Positions 1 to 15,200 of a DNA stretch of 64,000 nt are shown here, in pieces. The notes beneath the pieces were generated by a model. The model searched no databases and had not been told where the DNA came from. It saw nothing but the letters and a program-made list of their open reading frames with translations. Each line of letters begins with the position of its first letter. Positions within the stretch are counted from its first letter, which is position 1. Origin of the DNA: the human T2T-CHM13v2.0 reference genome, Homo sapiens; NCBI RefSeq assembly GCF_009914755.1, contig NC_060940.1, one strand, 5' to 3'. Position numbers and translations under genes: made by a program.

Positions 1-3000
1 TTCCATTTGATGATTATTCCATTGGAGTCCACTTAGTGAATCCTTTAGATTCTACTCGAAGATGATTCCATTCGAGTCCATTCGATGATACCATTCAATT
101 CCATTCGTTGATGCTTCCATTCAAGTGCATTCGATGATATCATTCGATTCCATTTGATGATAATTCCATTTGATTCCATGCGATGATTCTATTCGATTCC
201 ATTCAATGATAATTCCATTCAATTCAGTGATTCCTCTGGACTCCATTTGATGATGATTCCATTCAATGATTCCATTCGATTCTATTCGAAAATGATTCCA
301 TTTGAATCCATTTGATGATGATTCCATTAGATTCCATTTGATGATTCCATTCGATTCCATTCGACGATGATTCCATTCGATTCCGTTTGATGATTCCATT
401 CTATTCTATTCGATGATGATTCCATTCGATTCCATTCGATGATGATTGGATTCGATTCCATTTGATGATTTCATTTGATTCCATTCGTTAATGATTTCGA
501 TCAATTCCATTCGATGATTCCATTCGATTCCATTCGATAATGATTACATCCGAGTCCATTCGATGATTCCATTTGAGCCTGTTCGATAATTCCATTTGAG
601 TCCAACCAATGATTCCATTCATTTCCATTCAATGATTCCATTCGAGTCCATTTGATCATTCCGGTTGGGTCCATTCGATGTTGATTCCATTGGAGTGCAT
701 TCGATGATTCCATTCGAGTCCATTTTAGGATTTGATTCGAGTCCTTTCGATGATTCCATTCGATTCCACTCGATGATGATTTCATTCGAGTCCATTCGAC
801 ACTTCCAATCGATTCCATTTGATGATTCCATTCGAGTCCAATTGATGATTCCATTCAATTCCATTCGATGATGATTCCGTACGATTCCATTCTGTGATGA
901 TTCCTTGTGATTGCATTCAATGATGATTCCTTTCGATTGCATTCGATTATGATTCATTTCGTGTTCATTCTATGGTTCCACAGGTTTCCATTCGTGTCCA
1001 TTCCATTATTCCATTCTATTCCATTTGATGATGATTCCATTCGATTCCATTCATTGGTGATTCCACTCAATTCCATTCAATGATTCCATTCCATTTCTTT
1101 CAACAATGATTCCATTAGTTTCTAATCGATGATCCACTTGATTCCATTTGACGACGATTCCATTCTTGTCCATTCGATGATTCCATTTGATTCCATATGA
1201 TGATGATTCCATTCGATTCCATACCATGATGATTCCATTCGAGTCCATTCAATGGTGATTCCATTCAATTCCATTCGATGATTCCTTTTGATTCCATTCG
1301 ATGATGATGGCATTCGATTCCTTTCAATCATTCCCTTTGATTCCATTCAAAGGTGATTTCATTCAAGTCCATTCGATAATTGCATTCGATTCCATTCTAT
1401 GATGATTCCATTCGAGTCCATTTGATGATTCCATTCAATTCAAGTCAATGATGATTCCATTCGATTCCATTCGATGATTCCATTGGATTCCATTCGATGA
1501 TGATTCCATTCAAATCCATTCGATAATTCAATTCAAGTCCATTCGATGATGATTCCAATCGAATCCATTCAAAGATTCCATTCAGTTCCATTCGATGATT
1601 CCCTTAGATTCCATTCGATGATTCCACTTGATTGCATTTACGATGATTCCATTCGATTCCATGTGATGATTCCATTCAATTCTATTCAATGATGTCTCCA
1701 TTTGATTCCATTCGACCATGATTGCCTTTGATTCCATTCAATGATTCCATTCGGTTCCGTTTGATGATGATTCCGTTCGATTCCATTTGATGATTCCATT
1801 TGATTCCATTGGATGAGTCCATTCGATTACATTCGATGATTATTCCATTCGAGTGCATTAGATGATTCCATTCGAGTCCATTCGATGATTCCATTCGATT
1901 CCATTCGATGTTGATTCTGTTCAAATCCATTCGATGATTCCACTCGATTCCATTCGTTGACTCCATTTGATCCCATTCGATGATTTCCTTTGATTCCCTT
2001 TGATGATCATTCCATTTGATTCAATTCGGTGATTTCATTTGATTCCATTCAGTGATGTTTCCATTCGACTCCATTCGATGATGATTCCATTCGACTCCAT
2101 TCGATTATGATTTCATTCAATTCCATTCGATAATGATTCCCTTCGAGTCCATTCGATGATTCCATTCGATTCCATTCAACGATGATTTGATTCGTGTCCA
2201 TTCGATGATTCCATTTGATTCCACTTGATGATGATTCCATTCGAGTCCATTTGATGATTCCATTCAATTCCATACTCCGATGATTTCTTTTGAGCCCACT
2301 CAATGCTTCCACTCGATTCCATATGATGATGACTCCATTCGATGAAATTCGATGATGATTCCATTCGCTTGCTTTCGATGATGATTCCACTTGAGTCCGT
2401 TAGAAGATTCTATTCAATTACATTCCATGACGATTCCGTTCGAGTCCATTTGATGATTCCATTAGACTCCATTCGACGATGATTCCATTCGATGTTATTC
2501 GATGATTCCATTCGATCTCATTCGATGATGATTCCATTCAACTCCATTCGATGTTTCCATTCGAGTTCATTCTATTATTCCATTAGATTCAATTCGATGA
2601 TGATTCCATTCGATTCCATTTGATGATTGCATTCTATTTCATTTGATGATGATTCCATTCGAGTCCACTCGATGATTCCATTCGAGTCCATTTAATGAAT
2701 CCATTGGTTTCAATTCTATGATGATTACATTGGATTCCATTCGTTGATGATTTCATTCGGTTCCATTCAATGATGATTCCATTCAATTCCTTTCAATGTT
2801 TCCATTCAATTCCATACGATGATGATTCCATTTGATTTGATTCGACAGTGAGCCATTCGATTCAATTCCATGATGATTCTATTTGATTCAATTGGTTGAC
2901 ATTTCCATTCGATTCCATTCGATGATGATTCCCTTTGATTCCGTTCCAAGATGATTCCATTCTAGCCCATTCAATCATTCCATTCGATTCTATTCAATGA

Positions 3001-6000
3001 TGATTCCATTCATGTCGATTTGGTGATTCCATTTGACTTCATTTGATGATGATTCCTTTCAAGTTCATTAGATGATTCCATTCGATTCCATTTGATGATG
3101 ATCCCATTCGAGTCCATTCAGTGATTCCATTCGTTTCCATTCCATGATGATTCCATTCCTTTCCATTCAATGATTCCATTCGATTCCGTTTGATGATGAT
3201 TTCATTCGAGTCCATTTGATGATTCCATTTGATTCCATTCGATGATGATTCCATTCGAGTCCATTCGATGATTCTATTCGAATCCATTTGATGATTTCTT
3301 TTGATTATATTTGGTGATGATTCCATTGGAGTCCATTCAATGATTCCATTCTATTCCAATCGATGATGATTCCATTAGAGTCCATTTAATGATTCCATTT
3401 GATTCCAGTCTCTGATGATTACATTCGAGTCCATACGATGATTCCACTCAATTCCATATGATGATGATTCCATTTGATTCCATTCGGTGATTCCATTCTA
3501 TTCTATTCAATGGTGATTCCATTCGAGTACATTAGATGATTCCATTCGATTCCATTCAATGATGATTCTATTTGTGTCCCTTAGATGATTCCACATGATT
3601 CCATTACATGATGATACTATTTGAGCCCATCCAATGATTCCCTTCGATTCCATTCGATGAGGATTCCATTCGATTCAATTCATTGGTGATTCTATTCAAT
3701 TCAATTCTTTGATTCCATTCCATTCCATTCGACAATGATTCCATTCGATTTCTTTCGATGATTCCACTTGATTCCACTTGACATTGATTCCATTCGATTC
3801 CATTCAATGATTCCATTTGATTCCAGTGGATGATGATTGCCATCGATTCCATTCGATCACTCCATTCTATTCCATTTGATGATGATTACATTCGATTCCA
3901 TTTGATGATTCCATCTGATTCTATTCGAGGATTCCATTTGATTCCATTCGATGATGATTCCATTCGAGTCCATTCGATGATTTCATTCGAGTACATCCAA
4001 TGATTCCATTCGAGTCCATTAGATGATTCCATTTGATTCCATTTGAAAATGATTCTACTAGAGTCCATTCAATGACTCCATTCGAGTCCATTCAACAATT
4101 CCATTCGACTCCATTCGATGATTCCATTCGATTCCATTTGATGGTTCCATTCGAGTCCATTTAATCATTACAGTCGAGTCCATTTGGTGATTCCACTGGA
4201 TTTCTTTTGATAATGATACCATTCAATTACATTTGATGATGATCCCATTCAATTTCATTTGATGATGATTCCATTAGAGTCCATTCGATGATTTCATTCG
4301 AGTCCCTTCATTGATTCCATCCGATTTCATTGGATGATGACTCCATTCGAGTCCATTCGATGTTTCCACTCGATTCCATTAGATGACTCCATTGGAGTCC
4401 ATTTGATTGTTCCATTCGATTCCATTCGATTCCTTTCAAAGATTATTCCATTTGAGTCCATTCGATGATGATTCCATTCCATTCCATTCGATGATTCCGT
4501 TTGATTCCATTCGATGATTCCCTTCGATTCCTTTCTTTGATGATTCCATTCCATTCCATTCAATGATTCCATTCGAATCTATTCCATGATGATTCCTTTC
4601 GATTCCATTCGCTGATGTTTCCGTTCAATTCCATTCGATGATGATTCCATTCGATTCCATTCATTGAGGATTCCATTTGATTCCATTCAATGATGATTCC
4701 ATTCTATTCCATTCAATGATTGCATTCAATTCCATTCAATGATTATCCCATTAGAGTAAACTCAACGATTCCATTCAATACCATTCGATGATGATTCCTT
4801 TTGAGTCCATTCAATGATTTCATTCAAGTCCATTTGATGATTCCTTTCAATTCCATTCTATGATGATTCCATTCGAGTCCATTCGATGATTCCATTCGAT
4901 TGCATTCGATGATTCCATTATATTCCATTCAACGGTGATTCCATTCGAGTCCATTCCATGATTCCATTAGAGTACATTTAATGATTGCTTTGTTTCCAAT
5001 TCGAAGATGATTACATTGGATTCCATTCTATGATACCATTCGATTCCATTCAATGATGATTCCACTCAAATCCATTGGATGATTCCATTCGTGTCCATTC
5101 GGTGATTTCATTAGATTCCATTCGAGGATGATTCCATTCGATTCCATTCGATGATTCCATTCAATTCCATTCGATGATGATTCCATTCCAGTCCATATGA
5201 TCATTCCATTTGATTTCATTCGATGATGATTCCATTCGATTCGATTCGACGATTCCATTCTATTCCATTCGATGATGATTCCATTCGAGTCCATTCGATC
5301 ATTCCATTCGAGTCCATTTAATGATTCCATTGGGTTCAATTCAATGATGATTACATTGGATTCCGTTCTATGATTCCATTCAATTCCGTTCATTGACAAT
5401 TTGATTCCATTCGATGATGATTCCATTTGAGTTCATTCGATGATTCTATTCGATTCTCTTCGATGGTGATTCAATTCTATTATATTGGATGATTCCATTC
5501 GATTCCATTTGATGTTGATTCAATTCGATTCTATTCGATGATGATTCCATTGGATTTCACTTGATGATTCTATTCGATTCCATTCAATGATGATTCACTT
5601 CTCGTCCATTGGATGATTCCATTTCATTCCATTCGATGATGATTCCATTCGATTCCATTCGATGATTCCATTTGATTCCATGCGACGGTGAGCAATTCGA
5701 TTCAATTCCATGATGATTCTATTTGATTCAATTAGATGATGTTTCCATTCGAATCCATTCCATGATTATTCCATTGGAATCCATTTGGCGATGATTCCAT
5801 ATGAGTCAATTCAATGATGATTCCATATGGGTCCGTTCGATGATAATTCCATTTGATTTCATTCGATGCTTCTATTCTATTCCAGTCGATGATGATTCCG
5901 TTGGAGTCCATACGATGATTCCATTTGATTTCATTTGATGATGATTCCATTCGATGATGATTACATTGGATTCCATTCTATGATTCCATTCAATTCCATT

Positions 6001-6112
6001 CGTTGATGATTCGATTCCATTCAATGATGATTCCATTTGAGTTCATTCGATGATTCTATTCGATTCCGTTCGATGGTGATTCAATTCTATTATATTGGAT
6101 GATTCCACTCGA
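1..6112 (+). repeat. 6112-bp HSat2 higher-order unit 1 (haplotype A)
   Basis: The window start ttccatttgatgattattccattggagtccacttag recurs at 6113. Diagnostic alleles: ctcgaAgatg, ccggtTggg, attccTtgtg, cattaCatg. Confidence 0.95.
5724..5734 (-). promoter_or_regulatory. Candidate DUX4 binding motif TAATTGAATCA (one per unit)
   Basis: The + strand tgattcaatta is the reverse complement of TAATTGAATCA, which fits the DUX4 consensus TAAYBBAATCA. Copies start at 11836, 17948, 22298, 26599, 32685, 38797, 44909, 54869 and 60981. DUX4 binding and activation of HSATII is established, but binding at this site is inferred. Confidence 0.55.
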
Positions 6113-9100
6113 TTCCATTTGATGATTATTCCATTGGAGTCCACTTAGTGAATCCTTTAGATTCTACTCGACGATGATTCCATTCGAGTCCATTCGATGA
6201 TACCATTCAATTCCATTCGTTGATGCTTCCATTCAAGTGCATTCGATGATATCATTCGATTCCATTTGATGATAATTCCATTTGATTCCATGCGATGATT
6301 CTATTCGATTCCATTCAATGATAATTCCATTCAATTCAGTGATTCCTCTGGACTCCATTTGATGATGATTCCATTCAATGATTCCATTCGATTCTATTCG
6401 AAAATGATTCCATTTGAATCCATTTGATGATGATTCCATTAGATTCCATTTGATGATTCCATTCGATTCCATTCGACGATGATTCCATTCGATTCCGTTT
6501 GATGATTCCATTCTATTCTATTTGATGATGATTCCATTCGATTCCATTCGATGATGATTGGATTCGATTCCATTGGATGATTTCATTTGATTCCATTCGT
6601 TAATGATTTCGATCAATTCCATTCGATGATTCCATTCGATTCCATTCGATAATGATTACATCCGAGTCCATTCGATGATTCCCTTTGAGCCTGTTCGATA
6701 ATTCCATTTGAGTCCAACCAATGATTCCATTCATTTCCATTCAATGATTCCATTCGAGTCCATTTGATCATTCCGGTAGGGTCCATTCGATGTTGATTCC
6801 ATTGGAGTGCATTCGATGATTCCATTCGAGTCCATTTTAGGATTTGATTCGAGTCCTTTCGATGATTCCATTCGATTCCACTCGATGATGATTTCATTCG
6901 AGTCCATTCGACACTTCCAATCGATTCCATTTGATGATTCCATTCGAGTCCAATTGATGATTCCATTCAATTCCATTCGATGATGATTCCGTACGATTCC
7001 ATTCTGTGATGATTCCATGTGATTGCATTCAATGATGATTCCTTTCGATTGCATTCGATTATGATTCATTTCGTGTTCATTCTATGGTTCCACAGGTTTC
7101 CATTCGTGTCCATTCCATTATTCCATTCTATTCCATTTGATGATGATTCCATTCGATTCCATTCATTGGTGATTCCACTCAATTCCATTCAATGATTCCA
7201 TTCCATTTCTTTCAACAATGATTCCATTAGTTTCTAATCGATGATCCACTTGATTCCATTTGACGACGATTCCATTCTTGTCCATTCGATGATTCCATTT
7301 GATTCCATATGATGATGATTCCATTCGATTCCATACCATGATGATTCCATTCGAGTCCATTCAATGGTGATTCCATTCAATTCCATTCGATGATTCCTTT
7401 TGATTCCATTCGATGATGATGGCATTCGATTCCTTTCAATCATTCCCTTTGATTCCATTCAAAGGTGATTTCATTCAAGTCCATTCGATAATTGCATTCG
7501 ATTCCATTCTATGATGATTCCATTCGAGTCCATTTGATGATTCCATTCAATTCAAGTCAATGATGATTCCATTCGATTCCATTCGATGATTCCATTGGAT
7601 TCCATTCGATGATGATTCCATTCAAATCCATTCGATAATTCAATTCAAGTCCATTCGATGATGATTCCAATCGAATCCATTCAAAGATTCCATTCAGTTC
7701 CATTCGATGATTCCCTTAGATTCCATTCGATGATTCCACTTGATTGCATTTACGATGATTCCATTCGATTCCATGTGATGATTCCATTCAATTCTATTCA
7801 ATGATGTCTCCATTTGATTCCATTCGACCATGATTGCCTTTGATTCCATTCAATGATTCCATTCGGTTCCGTTTGATGATGATTCCGTTCGATTCCATTT
7901 GATGATTCCATTTGATTCCATTGGATGAGTCCATTCGATTACATTCGATGATTATTCCATTCGAGTGCATTAGATGATTCCATTCGAGTCCATTCGATGA
8001 TTCCATTCGATTCCATTCGATGTTGATTCTGTTCAAATCCATTCGATGATTCCACTCGATTCCATTCGTTGACTCCATTTGATCCCATTCGATGATTTCC
8101 TTTGATTCCCTTTGATGATCATTCCATTTGATTCAATTCGGTGATTTCATTTGATTCCATTCAGTGATGTTTCCATTCGACTCCATTCGATGATGATTCC
8201 ATTCGACTCCATTCGATTATGATTTCATTCAATTCCATTCGATAATGATTCCCTTCGAGTCCATTCGATGATTCCATTCGATTCCATTCAACGATGATTT
8301 GATTCGTGTCCATTCGATGATTCCATTTGATTCCACTTGATGATGATTCCATTCGAGTCCATTTGATGATTCCATTCAATTCCATACTCCGATGATTTCT
8401 TTTGAGCCCACTCAATGCTTCCACTCGATTCCATATGATGATGACTCCATTCGATGAAATTCGATGATGATTCCATTCGCTTGCTTTCGATGATGATTCC
8501 ACTTGAGTCCGTTAGAAGATTCTATTCAATTACATTCCATGACGATTCCGTTCGAGTCCATTTGATGATTCCATTAGACTCCATTCGACGATGATTCCAT
8601 TCGATGTTATTCGATGATTCCATTCGATCTCATTCGATGATGATTCCATTCAACTCCATTCGATGTTTCCATTCGAGTTCATTCTATTATTCCATTAGAT
8701 TCCATTCGATGATGATTCCATTCGATTCCATTTGATGATTGCATTCTATTTCATTTGATGATGATTCCATTCGAGTCCACTCGATGATTCCATTCGAGTC
8801 CATTTAATGAATCCATTGGTTTCAATTCTATGATGATTACATTGGATTCCATTCGTTGATGATTTCATTCGGTTCCATTCAATGATGATTCCATTCAATT
8901 CCTTTCAATGTTTCCATTCAATTCCATACGATGATGATTCCATTTGATTTGATTCGACAGTGAGCCATTCGATTCAATTCCATGATGATTCTATTTGATT
9001 CAATTGGTTGACATTTCCATTCGATTCCATTCGATGATGATTCCCTTTGATTCCGTTCCAAGATGATTCCATTCTAGCCCATTCAATCATTCCATTCGAT

Positions 9101-12100
9101 TCTATTCAATGATGATTCCATTCATGTCGATTTGGTGATTCCATTTGACTTCATTTGATGATGATTCCTTTCAAGTTCATTAGATGATTCCATTCGATTC
9201 CATTTGATGATGATCCCATTCGAGTCCATTCAGTGATTCCATTCGTTTCCATTCCATGATGATTCCATTCCTTTCCATTCAATGATTCCATTCGATTCCG
9301 TTTGATGATGATTTCATTCGAGTCCATTTGATGATTCCATTTGATTCCATTCGATGATGATTCCATTCGAGTCCATTCGATGATTCTATTCGAATCCATT
9401 TGATGATTTCTTTTGATTATATTTGGTGATGATTCCATTGGAGTCCATTCAATGATTCCATTCTATTCCAATCGATGATGATTCCATTAGAGTCCATTTA
9501 ATGATTCCATTTGATTCCAGTCTCTGATGATTACATTCGAGTCCATACGATGATTCCACTCAATTCCATATGATGATGATTCCATTTGATTCCATTCGGT
9601 GATTCCATTCTATTCTATTCAATGGTGATTCCATTCGAGTACATTAGATGATTCCATTCGTTTCCATTCAATGATGATTCTATTTGTGTCCCTTAGATGA
9701 TTCCACATGATTCCATTAGATGATGATACTATTTGAGCCCATCCAATGATTCCCTTCGATTCCATTCGATGAGGATTCCATTCGATTCAATTCATTGGTG
9801 ATTCTATTCAATTCAATTCTTTGATTCCATTCCATTCCATTCGACAATGATTCCATTCGATTTCTTTCGATGATTCCACTCGATTCCACTTGACATTGAT
9901 TCCATTCGATTCCATTCGTTGATTCCATTTGATTCCAGTGGGTGATGATTGCCATCGATTCCATTCGATCACTCCATTCTATTCCATTTGATGATGATTA
10001 CATTCGATTCCATTTGATGATTCCATCTGATTCTATTCGAGGATTCCATTTGATTCCATTCGATGATGATTCCATTCGAGTCCATTCGATGATTTCATTC
10101 GAGTACATCCAATGATTCCATTCGAGTCCATTAGATGATTCCATTTGATTCCATTTGAAAATGATTCTACTAGAGTCCATTCAATGACTCCATTCGAGTC
10201 CATTCAACAATTCCATTCGACTCCATTCGATGATTCCATTCGATTCCATTTGATGGTTCCATTCGAGTCCATTTAATCATTACAGTCGAGTCCATTTGGT
10301 GATTCCACTGGATTTCTTTTGATAATGATACCATTCAATTGCATTTGATGATGATCCCATTCAATTTCATTTGATGATGATTCCATTAGAGTCCATTCGA
10401 TGATTTCATTCGAGTCCCTTCATTGATTCCATCCGATTTCATTGGATGATGACTCCATTCGAGTCCATTCGATGTTTCCACTCGATTCCATTAGATGACT
10501 CCATTGGAGTCCATTTGATTGTTCCATTCGATTCCATTCGATTCCTTTCAAAGATTATTCCATTTGAGTCCATTCGATGATGATTCCATTCCATTCCATT
10601 CGATGATTCCGTTTGATTCCATTCGATGATTCCCTTCGATTCCTTTCTTTGATGATTCCATTCCATTCCATTCAATGATTCCATTCGAATCTATTCCATG
10701 ATGATTCCTTTCGATTCCATTCGCTGATGTTTCCGTTCAATTCCATTCGATGATGATTCCATTCGATTCCATTCATTGAGGATTCCATTTGATTCCATTC
10801 AATGATGATTCCATTCTATTCCATTCAATGATTGCATTCAATTCCATTCAATGATTATCCCATTAGAGTAAACTCAACGATTCCATTCAATACCATTCGA
10901 TGATGATTCCTTTTGAGTCCATTCAATGATTTCATTCAAGTCCATTTGATGATTCCTTTCAATTCCATTCTATGATGATTCCATTCGAGTCCATTCGATG
11001 ATTCCATTCGATTGCATTCGATGATTCCATTATATTCCATTCAACGGTGATTCCATTCGAGTCCATTCCATGATTCCATTAGAGTACATTTAATGATTGC
11101 TTTGTTTTCAATTCGAAGATGATTACATTGGATTCCATTCTATGATACCATTCGATTCCATTCAATGATGATTCCACTCAAATCCATTGGATGATTCCAT
11201 TCGTGTCCATTCGGTGATTTCATTAGATTCCATTCGAGGATGATTCCATTCGATTCCATTCGATGATTCCATTCAATTCCATTCGATGATGATTCCATTC
11301 CAGTCCATATGATCATTCCATTTGATTTCATTCGATGATGATTCCATTCGATTCGATTCGACGATTCCATTCTATTCCATTCGATGATGATTCCATTCGA
11401 GTCCATTCGATCATTCCATTCGAGTCCATTTAATGATTCCATTGGGTTCAATTCAATGATGATTACATTGGATTCCGTTCTATGATTCCATTCAATTCCG
11501 TTCATTGACAATTTGATTCCATTCGATGATGATTCCATTTGAGTTCATTCGATGATTCTATTCGATTCTCTTCGATGGTGATTCAATTCTATTATATTGG
11601 ATGATTCCATTCGATTCCATTTGATGTTGATTCAATTCGATTCTATTCGATGATGATTCCATTGGATTTCACTTGATGATTCTATTCGATTCCATTCAAT
11701 GATGATTCACTTCTCGTCCATTGGATGATTCCATTTCATTCCATTCGATGATGATTCCATTCGATTCCATTCGATGATTCCATTTGATTCCATGCGACGG
11801 TGAGCAATTCGATTCAATTCCATGATGATTCTATTTGATTCAATTAGATGATGTTTCCATTCGAATCCATTCCATGATTATTCCATTGGAATCCATTCGG
11901 CGATGATTCCATATGAGTCAATTCAATGATGATTCCATATGGGTCCGTTCGATGATAATTCCATTTGATTTCATTCGATGCTTCTATTCTATTCCAGTCG
12001 ATGATGATTCCGTTGGAGTCCATACGATGATTCCATTTGATTTCATTTGATGATGATTCCATTCGATGATGATTACATTGGATTCCATTCTATGATTCCA

Positions 12101-12224
12101 TTCAATTCCATTCGTTGATGATTCGATTCCCTTCAATGATGATTCCACTTGAGTTCATTCGATGATTCTATTCGATTCCGTTCGATGGAGATTCAATTCT
12201 CTTATATTGGATGATTCCACTCGA
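6113..12224 (+). repeat. 6112-bp unit 2 (haplotype B)
   Basis: Exact 6112 offset of ORF landmarks. Alleles: ctcgaCgatg, ccggtAggg, attccAtgtg, cattaGatg. Confidence 0.95.
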
Positions 12225-15200
12225 TTCCATTTGATGATTATTCCATTGGAGTCCACTTAGTGAATCCTTTAGATTCTACTCGAAGATGATTCCATTCGAG
12301 TCCATTCGATGATACCATTCAATTCCATTCGTTGATGCTTCCATTCAAGTGCATTCGATGATATCATTCGATTCCATTTGATGATAATTCCATTTGATTC
12401 CATGCGATGATTCTATTCGATTCCATTCAATGATAATTCCATTCAATTCAGTGATTCCTCTGGACTCCATTTGATGATGATTCCATTCAATGATTCCATT
12501 CGATTCTATTCGAAAATGATTCCATTTGAATCCATTTGATGATGATTCCATTAGATTCCATTTGATGATTCCATTCGATTCCATTCGACGATGATTCCAT
12601 TCGATTCCGTTTGATGATTCCATTCTATTCTATTCGATGATGATTCCATTCGATTCCATTCGATGATGATTGGATTCGATTCCATTGGATGATTTCATTT
12701 GATTCCATTCGTTAATGATTTCGATCAATTCCATTCGATGATTCCATTCGATTCCATTCGATAATGATTACATCCGAGTCCATTCGATGATTCCATTTGA
12801 GCCTGTTCGATAATTCCATTTGAGTCCAACCAATGATTCCATTCATTTCCATTCAATGATTCCATTCGAGTCCATTTGATCATTCCGGTTGGGTCCATTC
12901 GATGTTGATTCCATTGGAGTGCATTCGATGATTCCATTCGAGTCCATTTTAGGATTTGATTCGAGTCCTTTCGATGATTCCATTCGATTCCACTCGATGA
13001 TGATTTCATTCGAGTCCATTCGACACTTCCAATCGATTCCATTTGATGATTCCATTCGAGTCCAATTGATGATTCCATTCAATTCCATTCGATGATGATT
13101 CCGTACGATTCCATTCTGTGATGATTCCTTGTGATTGCATTCAATGATGATTCCTTTCGATTGCATTCAATTATGATTCATTTCGTGTTCATTCTATGGT
13201 TCCACAGGTTTCCATTCGTGTCCATTCCATTATTCCATTCTATTCCATTTGATGATGATTCCATTCGATTCCATTCATTGGTGATTCCACTCAATTCCAT
13301 TCAATGATTCCATTCCATTTCTTTCAACAATGATTCCATTAGTTTCTAATCGATGATCCACTTGATTCCATTTGACGACGATTCCATTCTTGTCCATTCG
13401 ATGATTCCATTTGATTCCATATGATGATGATTCCATTCGATTCCATACCATGATGATTCCATTCGAGTCCATTCAATGGTGATTCCATTCAATTCCATTC
13501 GATGATTCCTTTTGATTCCATTCGATGATGATGGCATTCGATTCCTTTCAATCATTCCCTTTGATTCCATTCAAAGGTGATTTCATTCAAGTCCATTCGA
13601 TAATTGCATTCGATTCCATTCTATGATGATTCCATTCGAGTCCATTTGATGATTCCATTCAATTCAAGTCAATGATGATTCCATTCGATTCCATTCGATG
13701 ATTCCATTGGATTCCATTCGATGATGATTCCATTCAAATCCATTCGATAATTCAATTCAAGTCCATTCGATGATGATTCCAATCGAATCCATTCAAAGAT
13801 TCCATTCTGTTCCATTCGATGATTCCCTTAGATTCCATTCGATGATTCCACTTGATTGCATTTACGATGATTCCATTCGATTCCATGTGATGATTCCATT
13901 CAATTCTATTCAATGATGTCTCCATTTGATTCCATTCGACCATGATTGCCTTTGATTCCATTCAATGATTCCATTCGGTTCCGTTTGATGATGATTCCGT
14001 TCGATTCCATTTGATGATTCCATTTGATTCCATTGGATGAGTCCATTCGATTACATTCGATGATTATTCCATTCGAGTGCATTAGATGATTCCATTCGAG
14101 TCCATTCGATGATTCCATTCGATTCCATTCGATGTTGATTCTGTTCAAATCCATTCGATGATTCCACTCGATTCCATTCGTTGACTCCATTTGATCCCAT
14201 TTGATGATTTCCTTTGATTCCCTTTGATGATCATTCCATTTGATTCAATTCGGTGATTTCATTTGATTCCATTCAGTGATGTTTCCATTCGACTCCATTC
14301 GATGATGATTCCATTCGACTCCATTCGATTATGATTTCATTCAATTCCATTCGATAATGATTCCCTTCGAGTCCATTCGATGATTCCATTCGATTCCATT
14401 CAACGATGATTTGATTCGTGTCCATTCGATGATTCCATTTGATTCCACTTGATGATGATTCCATTCGAGTCCATTTGATGATTCCATTCAATTCCATACT
14501 CCGATGATTTCTTTTGAGCCCACTCAATGCTTCCACTCGATTCCATATGATGATGACTCCATTCGATGAAATTCGATGATGATTCCATTCGCTTGCTTTC
14601 GATGATGATTCCACTTGAGTCCGTTAGAAGATTCTATTCAATTACATTCCATGACGATTCCGTTCGAGTCCATTTGATGATTCCATTAGACTCCATTCGA
14701 CGATGATTCCATTCGATGTTATTCGATGATTCCATTCGATCTCATTCGATGATGATTCCATTCAACTCCATTCGATGTTTCCATTCGAGTTCATTCTATT
14801 ATTCCATTAGATTCAATTCGATGATGATTCCATTCGATTCCATTTGATGATTGCATTCTATTTCATTTGATGATGATTCCATTCGAGTCCACTCGATGAT
14901 TCCATTCGAGTCCATTTAATGAATCCATTGGTTTCAATTCTATGATGATTACATTGGATTCCATTCGTTGATGATTTCATTCGGTTCCATTCAATGATGA
15001 TTCCATTCAATTCCTTTCAATGTTTCCATTCAATTCCATACGATGATGATTCCATTTGATTTGATTCGACAGTGAGCCATTCGATTCAATTCCATGATGA
15101 TTCTATTTGATTCAATTGGTTGACATTTCCATTCGATTCCATTCGATGATGATTCCCTTTGATTCCGTTCAACGATGATTCCATTCTAGCCCATTCAATC

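Noticed and set aside
3711-3732. Short (CATTC)3 runs suggesting HSat3
   Set aside because: Runs are only about three pentamers long, and the dominant CATTCGATTC plus GATGAT pattern is HSat2.
665-13095. Plus-strand ORFs at 665, 12889 and 56803
   Set aside because: They appear only where unit-specific SNVs remove a stop codon. They are useful as haplotype markers, not as genes.
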